From: Camelus dromedarius
Lineage: Eukaryota
Length of the DNA stretch: 64,000 nt
Reading direction: 5' to 3'
NCBI RefSeq assembly: GCF_036321535.1
Contig: NC_087450.1
Span: 61,752,001 to 61,816,000 of the forward strand
In this document: positions 50,501-62,375 of the stretch, piece after piece
Numbering within the stretch: position 1 is the first letter of the stretch
How the letters are laid out: every line of letters starts with the position of its first letter
The notes under the pieces: model-generated
Databases searched by the model: none
Seen by the model: only the letters and a program-made list of their open reading frames with translations
What the model was told of the DNA's origin: nothing
Program-made: the position numbers and the translations under genes

Positions 50501-51899
50501 GACATGTCCGCCTCCACGCCTCGTACTCCACACCCAGCACCGCAGACCCCTCTACACAAATGCCGCCCGCAGGCCCAGCCAGACTGCTGACGCCGATGGC
50601 AATCAGCCCCCAGACGGAGGGCCTCATCCCTATTAGGAGCAGCAGAATTCAGCAGCAAAGACGATGGTCTAGAAAGCAGCTCTGTTGGACTCTGTTCTAG
50701 ATCCACATGGATGAACCCGTGTTAACTTGGCCAAATCCAGGGAACCTTTCTGAGCTCCCAGCCCTTAGTCCCTAAAACAGTGATGGTTCTGCTTATTCTG
50801 CCATCTCCTGAAACAGTGAGATTCAAGCGAGATCAGGCCTGGGAACAGTCTTTGAAAAGCCAGTGCTGTCAGAGGACCAGAATGACGATGACTGCCCTGC
50901 CCGAGAGAGCACACACAGGTGCCTCCCTGGGGCGAGAGGACGCAGGTTCCCTGCAGGAATCTAGAGAGGGAGACAGTAACGTGAACTGAGAGGGGAAAAC
51001 GAAACAAGCCCAACGGACCCTCTCAGGTAACGAGAGCATATTCTACACGCTCCATACTGGCACCCAGACCCTGCTCTCCCAGGGTCCCCCGCAGAGTCTG
51101 CAGCATCTTTCCCTGCACATCCTGTGCCTGTCAGTGCCCAGAACTGGCCCTGCCCCGCTCGTGCCTCGCCCAGCACGCAGGGGGCATTCCGAGCTGGGCT
51201 TCCAGCTCGTCTGCTTGCTATCTGGATTCTAAAAGAGCTAAAATATCAACTTTATTTTTAAATTGAAACCGAACATAAAATATTTACTCCCAGCAAGTAA
51301 CTGTTGGAGCCACTGGAGAAAACACTCTGCTTTTAGAATCCAGACTGTGTTAGCCACCTGGTTTCCATGAGTGCTTTTTCTTGGTCCTCATGACTAAACA
51401 CAAAAAGCCATTCTTTGCGTCTTACGCATCAGCCAGCAGCTCTGGTCGTAACGGCCACGTTAATATTCCAGGCTCCACCAGAACCCTTTGAAAGGGAGCT
51501 CGCACCGAAGCGCTGCGCTCTCCCCTGCAGAACACGTGGCCTGAGCGGTGCCCGTCCCAGGACTCTCCGCAGCCGGTAGGATTCCAGTGGCCAGCACCTC
51601 TCGGTGAGCACAGGTGTCCCCAGCTCGGGGCAGTTCATCTGGGTTCGTGGTTCCGCTCTGTTCTCCTGGACCACAGAGAAATAAATGTGGCCTTCTGGCC
51701 ACCTCCCCTGGTGGATCTACTTGGCTGATATGAAGGAGACAGTATTCGCTGCGCAGCTCATAGTGAGGATGATTCCAGGAGCTAAACGATGTTTGTGGTC
51801 ATCGTGAAGTAATGCTGACTCAGCGGTATGGAAGGGGACCCGAGTTCGCACACTGGAGGCCTGTGAGCAGGCGAAGCAGCGGCCCTCCTGGACAGCCTT

Positions 51900-52243
51900 T
51901 CTAAGCCGTCGTGAAGCCCACCAGAGGGGCTAGGTTTTCTGTGCTTATTGCTCATAATTCTGGAGGACAGAAGCCTGAGATCAAGGTGCTAGCATATTTG
52001 GCCCCTGGGGAGGGCCCCTTCTTGGCTGGCAGACAGCAGCCTTCCCGCTGCGGCCTCACTTTCGGCGAGAACGGTCTCTCTCTCACCTTTTCCTATGAGG
52101 ACACCAGTCCCCTCCTGGGGGCCCCACCCACGCGGCGTCTTCTAACCCAAACCACCTCCCAGAGGCCCCACTCCCAGTACCACCGCACTGGAGGTTGGAG
52201 TGTCAGCATGCGAATTTGGGGGAGACACATTCGGTCCACAGCA
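51900..52243 (-). mobile_element. MaLR solo LTR (MLT1A-like)
   Basis: ctcataattctggaggacagaagcctgagatcaaggtg...cctatgaggacaccagtc...gaatttggggggagacacattcggtccacagca. Confidence 0.9.
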
Positions 52244-54248
52244 CCCCGCCTGTGAAATGGAAACACGGTACCTTCCTCGTGTTGTGCTAAAAACTGAAGC
52301 GTAAGGTGCAGAGCAAAGCCCCAGATGTGCTGACTGTGTCATTATCGGTTTTCACTTGGGCCCCAAGTTGGATTTGACACTGATTTTGCATGAACATTTC
52401 TTACTGAAAACTGAGACTTCTCACCACCTGCAGCTGAACCCAGCAGCAGCCCTATGACAAGTTTATGCTAACTCACCTCAACTGGGGAAAGTCAGGTAAT
52501 ATTAAAAAAAAAAAAAAAAACTCAAAATAAGCCCTGGTCTTTATTTTAAGTGAAATGGGGGAAAAGTCTGTCTTCAGTCTTTGCTGCTGTTCCCTTACAG
52601 TTCTACTCACTTCTTTTAACATTTTGGTGGCATCGTTAGAACCGCAGAGCAGAAGCTGCATCCTCGAAGGCAGGGAAAGTGCTGGGAGCTGGGGGCGTGC
52701 GGCTGGGACGTCGGGACCTGGGGGCAGAGTCCAGGCGAGAAACCGGCTCTCCGCCAGCTGCCCCACGAGCTCTCCTTTCGTTCTGTTTTTATCACCCAAG
52801 CTCAGTCTCTCCTGAACTTGAGTGCATTTTCCCCTTTGTCTTGTGTTTGCATGAAATGACCTCGATCCAAATCCATTCAAGAGACAGACTTCAAAATATT
52901 ATTTAGAAACACAAGGCTGGGGGCTTCATTAATCCAGATGATCGTAGAGCCCTTCCTCTGATGACCTGGAGGTTAAATATTTTGTTCCCAGTTTAAAATT
53001 ATTTCTGCAAGAAGCACCCCTTTTGAGGATACCCACATTGAACGTAAACTAGTGGTTACAGATCCCTGTAGGAAGTACTTTGTCTACACGTGGATTTAAA
53101 AAAGAAAAACCTCTAAAACCCCTTTTGCCGGCTAATCTGCTTTTGAGTTGATAATTTTGTGCCTTTGAGGGCGAGATGGGATGGTGGCCACACCTTAACG
53201 GCTCAAGGTGAAGGTCATTACGTTCATGCCTTTATCCCCTTACTGCTTCCCGAACCTTCCACCTGGTCCTGCTCTCACGTGGCCAGGCCTGTCGCAGGCT
53301 CCCACGGCCTGACCCGGGTGTCTGAGTGGCCCCCAGGCCTCCGAGGAAGAGCTCGGTAACACTGGGGCTACGTGTGCACAGAAGTTCTTCTGCTCTCGGG
53401 GTCGCAGGTCGTGGGTTGGCTTAGTTTCTACTCAACAAAATACTCTTACCTTCGCCCAGGCCCCTTCCGAGCCTGAAATCTGGGGGTGGATGGATACCTC
53501 AAGGTGTCGCCATGACAGCAGGAGAGCCCAGCAGCCGCAGCACAAACGGCACTGGTGCTTTGGTTCAGTCCCGGCAGCGCCGTGAGTGAGGGTCAGAATG
53601 AGCCCCTCCTCCCGACGCGGGCTGCTGCACCTCCCAAGTGAACGTCCCCTCTGTGAAGACCTATTTGCATGGATGTCGCTGGGAAAGTGTGGCCTCCCCT
53701 ACGTAAAATGCGTGATGCAGGCTGGTCGTACAGTCTCACAGGTTAACAACCCGTGACTACAGCAGGGGGTTCTCGGTGTGGCTTCCGGGCTCCCCGCGCC
53801 CCGTCACCCCCCCCCACTGACCCCCCTGCAGGGCCTGGCCTGGCCTCTGCTCGCTGGGCCCTGCGCAGGCGGCAGACCCCTCGAGGCCACACGAGGCTCG
53901 GGGAGGTTCTACGACGACAAGAAGCCTTGCTCACACGCAGCGCCAGCCTTGGAAGGACTGACGGGCGCAAAGAGCTCTCCCGGCCCACAGCCTCCAGCCC
54001 CGTAAGTGAGGCCATTCAGGGCCACGTGTTTCCTCCCGCTCTCCTGACGCTAGAAAGGGGGGGAGGGGGGTCCAGGTCGCCGTGGCCCAGCTGAGCTGGG
54101 CGCATACAATCAAATTAACAACAAGGCAGACCAGCTCTGCCCTTCCCTCCCCAGGAAAGCAAGTCGTCCAGACGCACAGCCACGGTGCCCAGCCACCTGT
54201 CCCCTCGTGAGCCGCTGCAGCCTGGGGTCCGCACACCCTCAGTCCCTG

Positions 54249-54300
54249 GCGATGACCAGTCCTGTAGCGATGACCAGCTCGTAGCAGTGACCCGTCCTGT
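54249..54300. repeat. Minisatellite, 3 copies of about 17-18 bp
   Basis: gcgatgaccagtcctgta / gcgatgaccagctcgta / gcagtgacccgtcctgt. Confidence 0.8.
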
Positions 54301-54339
54301 GGAGGACAAGGGAAGCGCCTGTGTGAGTACAGGTCCTCC

Positions 54340-54625
54340 GACCCCAACTGAGACCTGAGCACACAGAGAGAACTCAGTGAGCACTTGTTTTTATGAAGAA
54401 AACATGAATGAAAATCACCCTGGGACCCTCGATTATCATCTGAACTGTGTCTCCTTTAACTCTGGCACCTACTAGCATCTAAGCACTGGGGACCCTTTAC
54501 ATAACGGCTTTCGCTGAGGACCTCTCCCTGCACATCACAACCCTGAGAAGGTGCTACTTGTCCCACTTTGCTGATGAGGAAACTCCAGGTGGAAGAGGTC
54601 AGGCAACCAGCCCAGAGTGATCCAA
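54340..54625. mobile_element. L2 3' end followed by MIR
   Basis: actcagtgagcacttgttt..atgaatgaa; cacaaccctgagaaggtgctact..gctgatgaggaaact. Confidence 0.55.
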
Positions 54626-55599
54626 ACACAAAGCACAGACCAGGAGGCAAACCAGAGGAAGGAAACCCAGGCGGTGATGCTAAGGTTTGGCTCTAAACAA
54701 CTACGCTTCTATTTACTATAGCCAAGACATGGAGACGACCTAATTGTCTGTCGACAGACAGTACCCAGGGTCAAATAAAAATGTGCGTGACATTGAACAG
54801 CTCAGAGACAAAGCACACTTCAGTGAGGGCCGTCTCGGGGGCTGTTTCCACCCACCGGAAGGCGGCTTGCCACCCCCTCTGCCACAACCCTTCACCTTCT
54901 TGAAGACTTAGCAGAAGGGCTAGACAACCTGATCTCCAGGGACCTCGTCTACGCCTGTGTTTTCACGTTGGCAGAGACCGAAGCCATACAGTTCACTCAT
55001 ACTTTCAACAACAATCAGCCATTTGTCTTTGAAACTAACTCTTGACAACAGAACCGTGCCTTCTGGGACGGCCCACGATTCCTGCCCCCACCTAACACGA
55101 GTGACCGTGTAGGAAGACAGCCCACTGCACAGTCTCGTCTCTGATCCCACAGAGTGACGTGGGGGTGCCATCCATCTAGGACCCCGATAACCTCAGCAGA
55201 GGCGTCGCATCTCGGGGGCCAAGCCCCTCCTCAAACCCGTGGTGAGACGCCACGATGAAGACCCCAGACAGAGCTTCTGACAGGTGTGGGGGCCGCCGCG
55301 TCCCAGTGGGCGGGATGCTGCCCTCAGCTCAGGGGTCACCCAGGGCCCTCAGCCATGGTAGACCTTCTGGTTACACTGACGTGCCTTGATAATCGACAGC
55401 ATCGTTTACCGTATTTGCCAGGACAGGAAGAGAGCACTTAAAAGCTGACGTGTTTAGAAGACAAAGGAAAACAGGCTTCCACACAGCTGTCAGCCTCAGC
55501 CACAGCAACGCCTCTTTCCCTGTCAACAAAAACGCGTCCCAAGAACGTGATGTGGCGACACACGTGGAGAAGGCCACTTGTCCCTGTGAGAGGCTCAGA

Positions 55600-56620
55600 C
55601 AGAACCCGGAGTGCACAGAGGAGCCGGAGGCTGGCGGGGAGGAACGCCCCGCTTCACGCCGCCTCTCCTGCCTGCTCCCCGCGGAGGGCGCGGAGGGCCG
55701 CACCAGGGCCGCCAGGAGCAGCGCAGGGCCTGCAGGCGGCGCGGCCCAGGCCGACGGGCAGTGGACCCGTGACAGCGTCACCGCCCTTGGGCAAATGTCT
55801 TCAATGTGTACTTGTGTCTGATGCGCTTTTTCGTCAGTGCAACATAAATTATGAAACGACAGGGGTGAGAACTCAGCAGTTACCGAGCGCTCACCGCGCT
55901 CCAGGGGCAGCGCTGCACGCGTCACAGACGCAGCGAGTGACTCTAACCCTGAGGTGTGACAGCCGTCGAAGTGCCTGACTTTTCACAAAATTAAATACCT
56001 TCTCCCTTTTGTAGGAAAGTGAATAAAAATGTTCCGAAGAGACTACTCGCCACCACACCGGTTAATGGCTTAACTATTTTTTTTCCTTCATGGCCTTCGG
56101 GGCCCTGAACGGGCTGGCCTTCACAGTGAATGATGTTGAAATGGCAGCTCCAAATAGAGACGTTTTGTGAAAAAATGCTGGGCTTCGGCAAGCCTGGGTT
56201 CAGCCCCAGATCCCTCTCTTACCCGCTGCTGACATCAGGGTGTGTCCTTCAGGACCCCTGCTCCCTCGGCTGCTAGGAGAGAAGGGCGACCCCCGCGCCC
56301 TGGGCCCGCCTCTGCTGCCGACGGGCGGCGCCGGCCAGCGCCCAGGGCGGCTGCCCGCTGCCCCGGCGGCTGTCTGCCGTGCCGTCTGTGGCCTCGCTGT
56401 GCTCCCACAACCCCGGGCACACAGCAGACCCTGTCCCCGCCTCCCTGCGTGCCAGGCAGGCCGCGTGCCTGGCTTCCCGCCACAAGGTGCGCATGGAGGA
56501 GACGTGTGCCTCTCCCAGACCCGGCCCCGAGGACAGAGCGGCACAGCCCCACCTCGTGCCCTGCTCCTTCGCGCTCCGGGGAAGGAGGAAGGAAGACGAC
56601 CCAGGGAAGACTGGAACGCA
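55600..56620. promoter_or_regulatory. CpG-rich island-like region
   Basis: Dense CpG at 55640-55760 and 56280-56480; no recognisable exon. Confidence 0.45.
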
Positions 56621-58104
56621 CATGTTGAAGCCGGCAGGACACCCAGCAGCTGGGCTCCTGGAGGAGCCCCCCGAGGAGGCGAGTGAGCAAGAAATGAACG
56701 TCCATTGTGTCTGAGCCGTGGTATGTTGGCTTGTGGATGGCTTTCCCTCCCTGGGCTAAACGAGATCAACTTTGTAAGACTTGCAGCAAATAGCTTGTGC
56801 TTAATACAGACCAGACAGCATGGTACCCTGTCTTCCCCTGAGGACGCAGGCAGGCCCAGCCATCGAGATCAGAAAGAAGTGTGCATGGAAGAGGACAGAA
56901 CACGGAGGGTCTAGGAGCCCATCCTTTCAGAGTGAAGCCCAGCTCCCATCCTGGGCTTGGAGCGCCACGGGGCCCAGGCAGGGGGCTCCAGGCAAGGAGT
57001 GCGCGTACGTTGCCTGGAGCTGCGTGGAGGGCCTCCTACTGGAAAAGGGCTGCAGCTGGGAAGACATGCCTGCTTGAAAGCCAAACCAGGAAGACAGTGG
57101 GAGAAGGGAACAGGTCACTGGAGCCGACCCCGGGGAGAGAGAGCCTGGCCACCCGGAACGCTTGTCAAGACCAAAGCCTGGGGACAAAGAGGGGACTAGA
57201 CCTCAGCCTGACTGCTCTGGTGCCACTGCCATGCACCCAGCGCTGTCACCTGGCATTAACACGTGAGCACAGTTTCCTCCTCTGTGACTACAGCCCGACG
57301 TAAGAACAAACAACCCTGACACCCGGGTTGGGAGCCCCGACCCGTCCACGCCACCCCTCCTCACTGGCTCATTCGCATGCCCTCCTGGTGCTCACATCCC
57401 CCTCTGGTTCACACTTTATAACTCCGCTATAAATATATTTCTTAAAGTGCCCTTAGGCCCTTTGTGGATAAGAATGGAAAACTAATAAAATAAAAACAAA
57501 TTAAATATTTCTGTGATTTGCTAAGAAGAGTGTATCTTGCTCAGCCCTCGGACTGCAGACCCACGTGTGCACGTCAGGCTGGGGCTCTGTGCAGAGTCAC
57601 AGAAGCGCCCAGTAACTTTGCCTGTTTGGGTACCTTCCCAAGTCGCGTGTTTCGATCCCCGAGCACCTGGACTCTGTGCAGATACCACCTTGAACGTCAG
57701 AAAGTGCGTGGGGATGTGGGTTGAAGACGTGTGAGAACCAGCGGTTTTGAGAACGAGAGCTACAAAGTTCTGGGAATGGAAGAGCCGAAAGTAAATTCTC
57801 CACGTCCCAGATGGCAAGTCGCTTTCCTAGGACCGACATGGGAAAACTTAAACCAACCTACAGACTCCCCTCCTCACCCCTCTAGCCGCCACCTCAGCAA
57901 CGGACCTGGGGAGACAGAATCCGGCACAGCCGCGATTGCCTCAGAAAATGGTCAAGTCCTGTGACTGTGCAAAGTCACTTGTCAGCGCACACAGGGGCTA
58001 TCTAAGTCCTTCCTCTGATCCAAGTTGCCTTAAATCCATAAAAATACTCAGAAGCGAGATCTATTCTGAGCTTTTATTGACACTGACACTGGCTTTTTAT
58101 CTCG

Positions 58105-58116
58105 AGGTCATGACCT
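58105..58116. promoter_or_regulatory. Perfect IR0 nuclear-receptor palindrome AGGTCATGACCT
   Basis: Exact motif seen; function not established. Confidence 0.45.
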
Positions 58117-59554
58117 CAGGTTTATCTTGGCAGCTCTCACGGTGGGCTGCTTTGCAAGTAAATCATAATTACTGCAGACAACAACGTAGCTAAAAAAAAC
58201 ACAAACCGCTAAGCATTGCAGGAAAACAGGTACTTTGTCTGGTCAATGAAGAGGTGATCCACACGGAAATATCTAATTTTCAGACAGCAGATTTCATTAG
58301 GAGTTGAAGCTGATCGGATGGCTGCGTTTTGGAGAAAGGGCGGCTTTCCTGGGGAAATGGTGGCCGATTCCAAGCTACAGCTTAGCTGACAAGCAAAGCT
58401 CTTGCTCTGTTCGATGAGTACAAGCAGGCGAGGCTGGCCGAGCACTCACGCTGTGTGGGACACAGGTGGCTCGGGCTCCTGAAAGGATATGGTTGGCCCA
58501 GGGGGAGTTGCTCCCCAATGCTTTTGTGAAGCAGTAATAATTTCCTTTTCTTATTTAGGAGTGTTTTCAAAAGTTATTAAAAGTGTATTAGTCACAGAGA
58601 AAAGATGGAACGTCCCAGGCAGGTGTCCTGGAGAAGTCCTCATGGAACTCGGAAATAATCAGACCTGGCATTTACCGCAGCACCTCTCTGCCTCTCACCA
58701 CGTCAGGACACTGCTGTCACCAACAAGGAGCTGAGTGTGCAGAGGACCCGGAGGCCTCCCTTCTCTCCCGGGCGGCTCGGCGCTCACATGGAGCCTCTCG
58801 AGATTTTTCAGCACCAGAAGTGACATCCTCCCGCCTTCCCAAGGGATTGCAGACCCTGTCTCTCCTCCCAGAGGTTCTCAAATGAGACTGCCACGGGGAC
58901 CGAGCTGAGTTCTCTCATCAAAGCCTAAGGAGTAAATAAATACAGGAATTGGGAAGTGTTAAGTAAGAGCAATACACACTCCCAAAAGCCGACACGACGA
59001 TTATGAAGGTTTCTATCAATAAGAAATTTGCCATTGAAATTATGTGTCCAACCCAGTCTGCAGACCCGGCTGGCACGGCTGTGCTGACACACTGAGGCAG
59101 CCTTGCCTCGCTGGGTCCGGCAGCCCCCGGGAAGAGCCCCTGCTCTAGCTGAGAACACTTAGAAAACAGATTCTGAAGTCTTCAGTTCTCGCCTGAACTC
59201 TGAGATGCTTAATCAGTTTACCGTAGTTCCTCGATAATAAAGTAAGAGCCAGCAGGTTTTGAGAACTCGGGTTATAGAGTCCTAAGAGTCGGGAAGCTGA
59301 CACTTAATTTCTTGTACTATCTCTGGTAGTGCGTCTCCTTCTTTTCCTACAAGTGACGTGGGAGGGCATAGCTGTAGGTGGTAAAACAGGGTTGCTGTTC
59401 GAGGTAAACTGGAAAGCAAACATTGACTGTGCTTAACACGCACACTTCTCGTCCGCACAGCTACAGATATTTACTGTGGGCAGAATGGAGTCAAATAGTT
59501 ACGTTTTAAGAGGAAAGATAGAATAGCATTTTCTGTGCTCTACAAAATTTTTTT

Positions 59555-59915
59555 CCGATATGATATCACTTATATGTGGAATCCAAAAAAAGAAAAAAGA
59601 CACTAATGAACGCATCTACAAAACAGAAACAGACTCACAGACATGGTAAACAATCTCACAGTTACCCGGGGAAAGCAGTGGGAAGGGATAAATTTGGAAG
59701 TTGAAGGTCTGCCAATACTACCTACCATGTATAAAAATAGATAAAAAAATGAATGTTTTCTGTACAGCACAGGAAACTATATTCAATACCTTGTAATAAC
59801 CTTTAATGAAAAGAATATGAAAACGAATGTATGTATGTACATGTATGACTGGGACGTTACACTGTACACCAGAAATGAACACATTGTCACTGACTATACT
59901 TACATTTTTTTTTAT
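59555..59915 (+). mobile_element. Cetartiodactyl/camelid-type L1 3'UTR
   Basis: gatatcacttatatgtggaatc..acaaaacagaaacagactcacagac...gtatgactgggac..ctgtacaccagaaat. Confidence 0.92.
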
Positions 59916-60133
59916 TTTAATAAATAATAGAATTTTTTTCTGAACGCAGTATTATGTGTGTGCTTTCATCAGCATCATAGAAAGAAATGGTCCCCTGACA
60001 CTGGGCTCTTGACTGGATCTTAACAACCGACTTGTCTCCAACCCTCTTAGTCTGGTCCTCAGCGTCACTTAGACCATGAGATCGGGGAATCGGATAAACA
60101 GGAAGATGAAAGATAAGGCTTTGCAGGTTCGTG

Positions 60134-60823
60134 GGCTATTTCATTTTCTTACTGAAGTACAGTTGATGTACAATGTGTTGGTTTCTGGTGTACAGCACAG
60201 TGACTCAATATAAATATTTACTCTTTTTTCATATTCTTTTTATTATGGGTTGTTACAAGTTATTGAGTATAGTTCCCTGTGCTGTACAGCAAGTCCTTGT
60301 TTATCTTTCTAAGGATAGTAGTCTGTACCTGCTAATCCCATTTATCCCTCCCCCCCTTCCCTCTTCAGTAACCGTAAGTGTATTTTCTGTCTGTGAGTTT
60401 GTAAATAAGTTCATTTGTGTCATGTTTTTAGATTCCACATAGAAGTGACATCATATGATATTTGTCTTTCTCTGACTTCACTTAGTGATAATCTCTAGGT
60501 CTATCCACGTTNNNNNNNNNNNNNNNNNNNNNNNNNNNNNNNNNNNNNNNNNNNNNNNNNNNNNNNNNNNNNNNNNNNNNNNNNNNNNNNNNNNNNNNNN
60601 NNNNNNNNNNNNNNNNNNNNNNNNNNNNNNNNNNNNNNNNNNTGGATGTATCTTTTCCAATTGGAGTTTTCTCCAGATCTATGTCCAGGAGTGGGATTGC
60701 TGGATCATATGCTAAGTCTATTTTTAGTTTTATAAGGAACCTCCATACTGTCTTCCGTAGTCAAGGCACCAAATTACATTCCCACCAACAGTGGTGGGTT
60801 CCCTTTTCTGGCTATTTCATTTT
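60134..60823 (-). mobile_element. 5'-truncated L1 with 14-bp TSD, containing an N gap
   Basis: Antisense L1 3'UTR and ORF2 end; identical ggctatttcatttt at 60134-60147 and 60810-60823. Confidence 0.92.
60512..60642. other. Assembly gap
   Basis: Run of N. Confidence 1.
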
Positions 60824-61569
60824 TTAAATGAAGAATTCTGAGTAGAGTGTAGTTTCTCTTAAGGTGTCAGACAGGGGAGACTGGCTGATTGCATCTAAGA
60901 AGGTGAGAAATAGAGAGAGGGGAGAGCCAGGCGTTCGGCTGGACCTGAAGGAAACCCAGGTGGTGAGGGGTGCTCTCTGTGGCCCCCGATGTCTGTAAAG
61001 TCACAGCCTGTGCTTGGCTGCTCTCCATTCACTTAACCTGCCATTCAGTCACAAGTAACGGTCCTACTGAGCTTTGTAAAGTCAGTACTTCCTACACTCC
61101 TTAATTCAGGCAAAGCTCCAGGAGAAAGTGTTCTGTGTGTTAAATGTTTTCAAATTCTGTTCAGTTAAATCGGATTCACAAGGGCCTCTCACTCCCACGG
61201 CACTGCAGATCGCCCTCGCATCTCGGATTCCCTCATCACTGAGGGAGTCTGCCTGTCAACCTAACCAGCATTTCTTCAAGGAATAAAAACTGAATTTGGT
61301 CTACTGAGTGCCACTCAGACCTCCTAGGGGTTAGGATTACAGCATCGACATCACAGGGCCACGCAGTTACCAGGCCACAAGCTACATTGTATAATACGTG
61401 CAGAATCAAGAAATGTTAAGAAAACAGCATTTTAAGGTACCTCCCAGCCTAAAACAACAAACAGGACATAAACTCTGGTAGCCAGACTGTAAGTGGGCTA
61501 ACATCCCCTTGTACTGGCGGCTTAAGACCCAGAAAAAAATGGTTAAAGGTGAGAGGAGATCACACATTT

Positions 61570-62230
61570 ATAACTCCTTTTCTGATTACAAAAACAATAC
61601 ATTTTTGTTGTAAGAAAAATAGAGGCAAGTAAAAAGAAAGGTAAAAAACACACCACCAGACACAGTCACTGTTGCCGTCCAGTATTCATCCAGGTTGTTA
61701 CGGCACGTATTCCTACAAGAACAGGAATGTAGCACACCTGATATTTTACAACCCAGATTGCCTCTTTTATTTAACGTCCAATTTCATGAGCAACTTTCTA
61801 CGGCAATAAATGTTCATCTGTAAGATTTTAAATGGCTGGATAGTATTTCAGTGTAGAGGTGGACCATATTTATTTAATCAATTTCATATCATTAGTCACT
61901 TAGAAAACCTCTAATTTCAAATATAATAAACCGTTTATTTGGTAAAATTCTGTTCTTTAAGTCTCGGTTACTTCCTCAAGATGGTGCCGAGTCACAGACT
62001 CTGCACATACACGACCAGCACTTCTGACAGCCAGACTGTCCTCCAAGAACCTGCGCCCCCACCCTGGCTAACGGGGGTGTTCACGCTCCTGTGCTGGAGG
62101 TGACTACTTCGTACCTACCAATGTTATAAGTAGAAGCTGCTGGCAGCACTGGCTTCATTTTCATTTGTTTACTGAGCAGCGAAGTTGAACAGTCTCTCCC
62201 CGTCTCCACTGGCTGTGGGAGTGCATCGGG
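61570..62230 (-). mobile_element. L1ME-like 3' fragment
   Basis: ttttaaatggctggatagtatttc..ggaccatattatttaatcaattt..., ttcattttcatttgtttactgag. Confidence 0.65.
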
Positions 62231-62375
62231 GCACAGCGTTTCTCAGAGAGCAGGTCCACGGCACAAAGCAGGAAGGCTGCCTCTGGTGCCCACACTATGT
62301 ATGAGTCCAGAATCATTAAAAAGTAAGAACCACGAAACGTACCAGACCTTCTGGGAATTCAGTGGGTTCTCGTAA

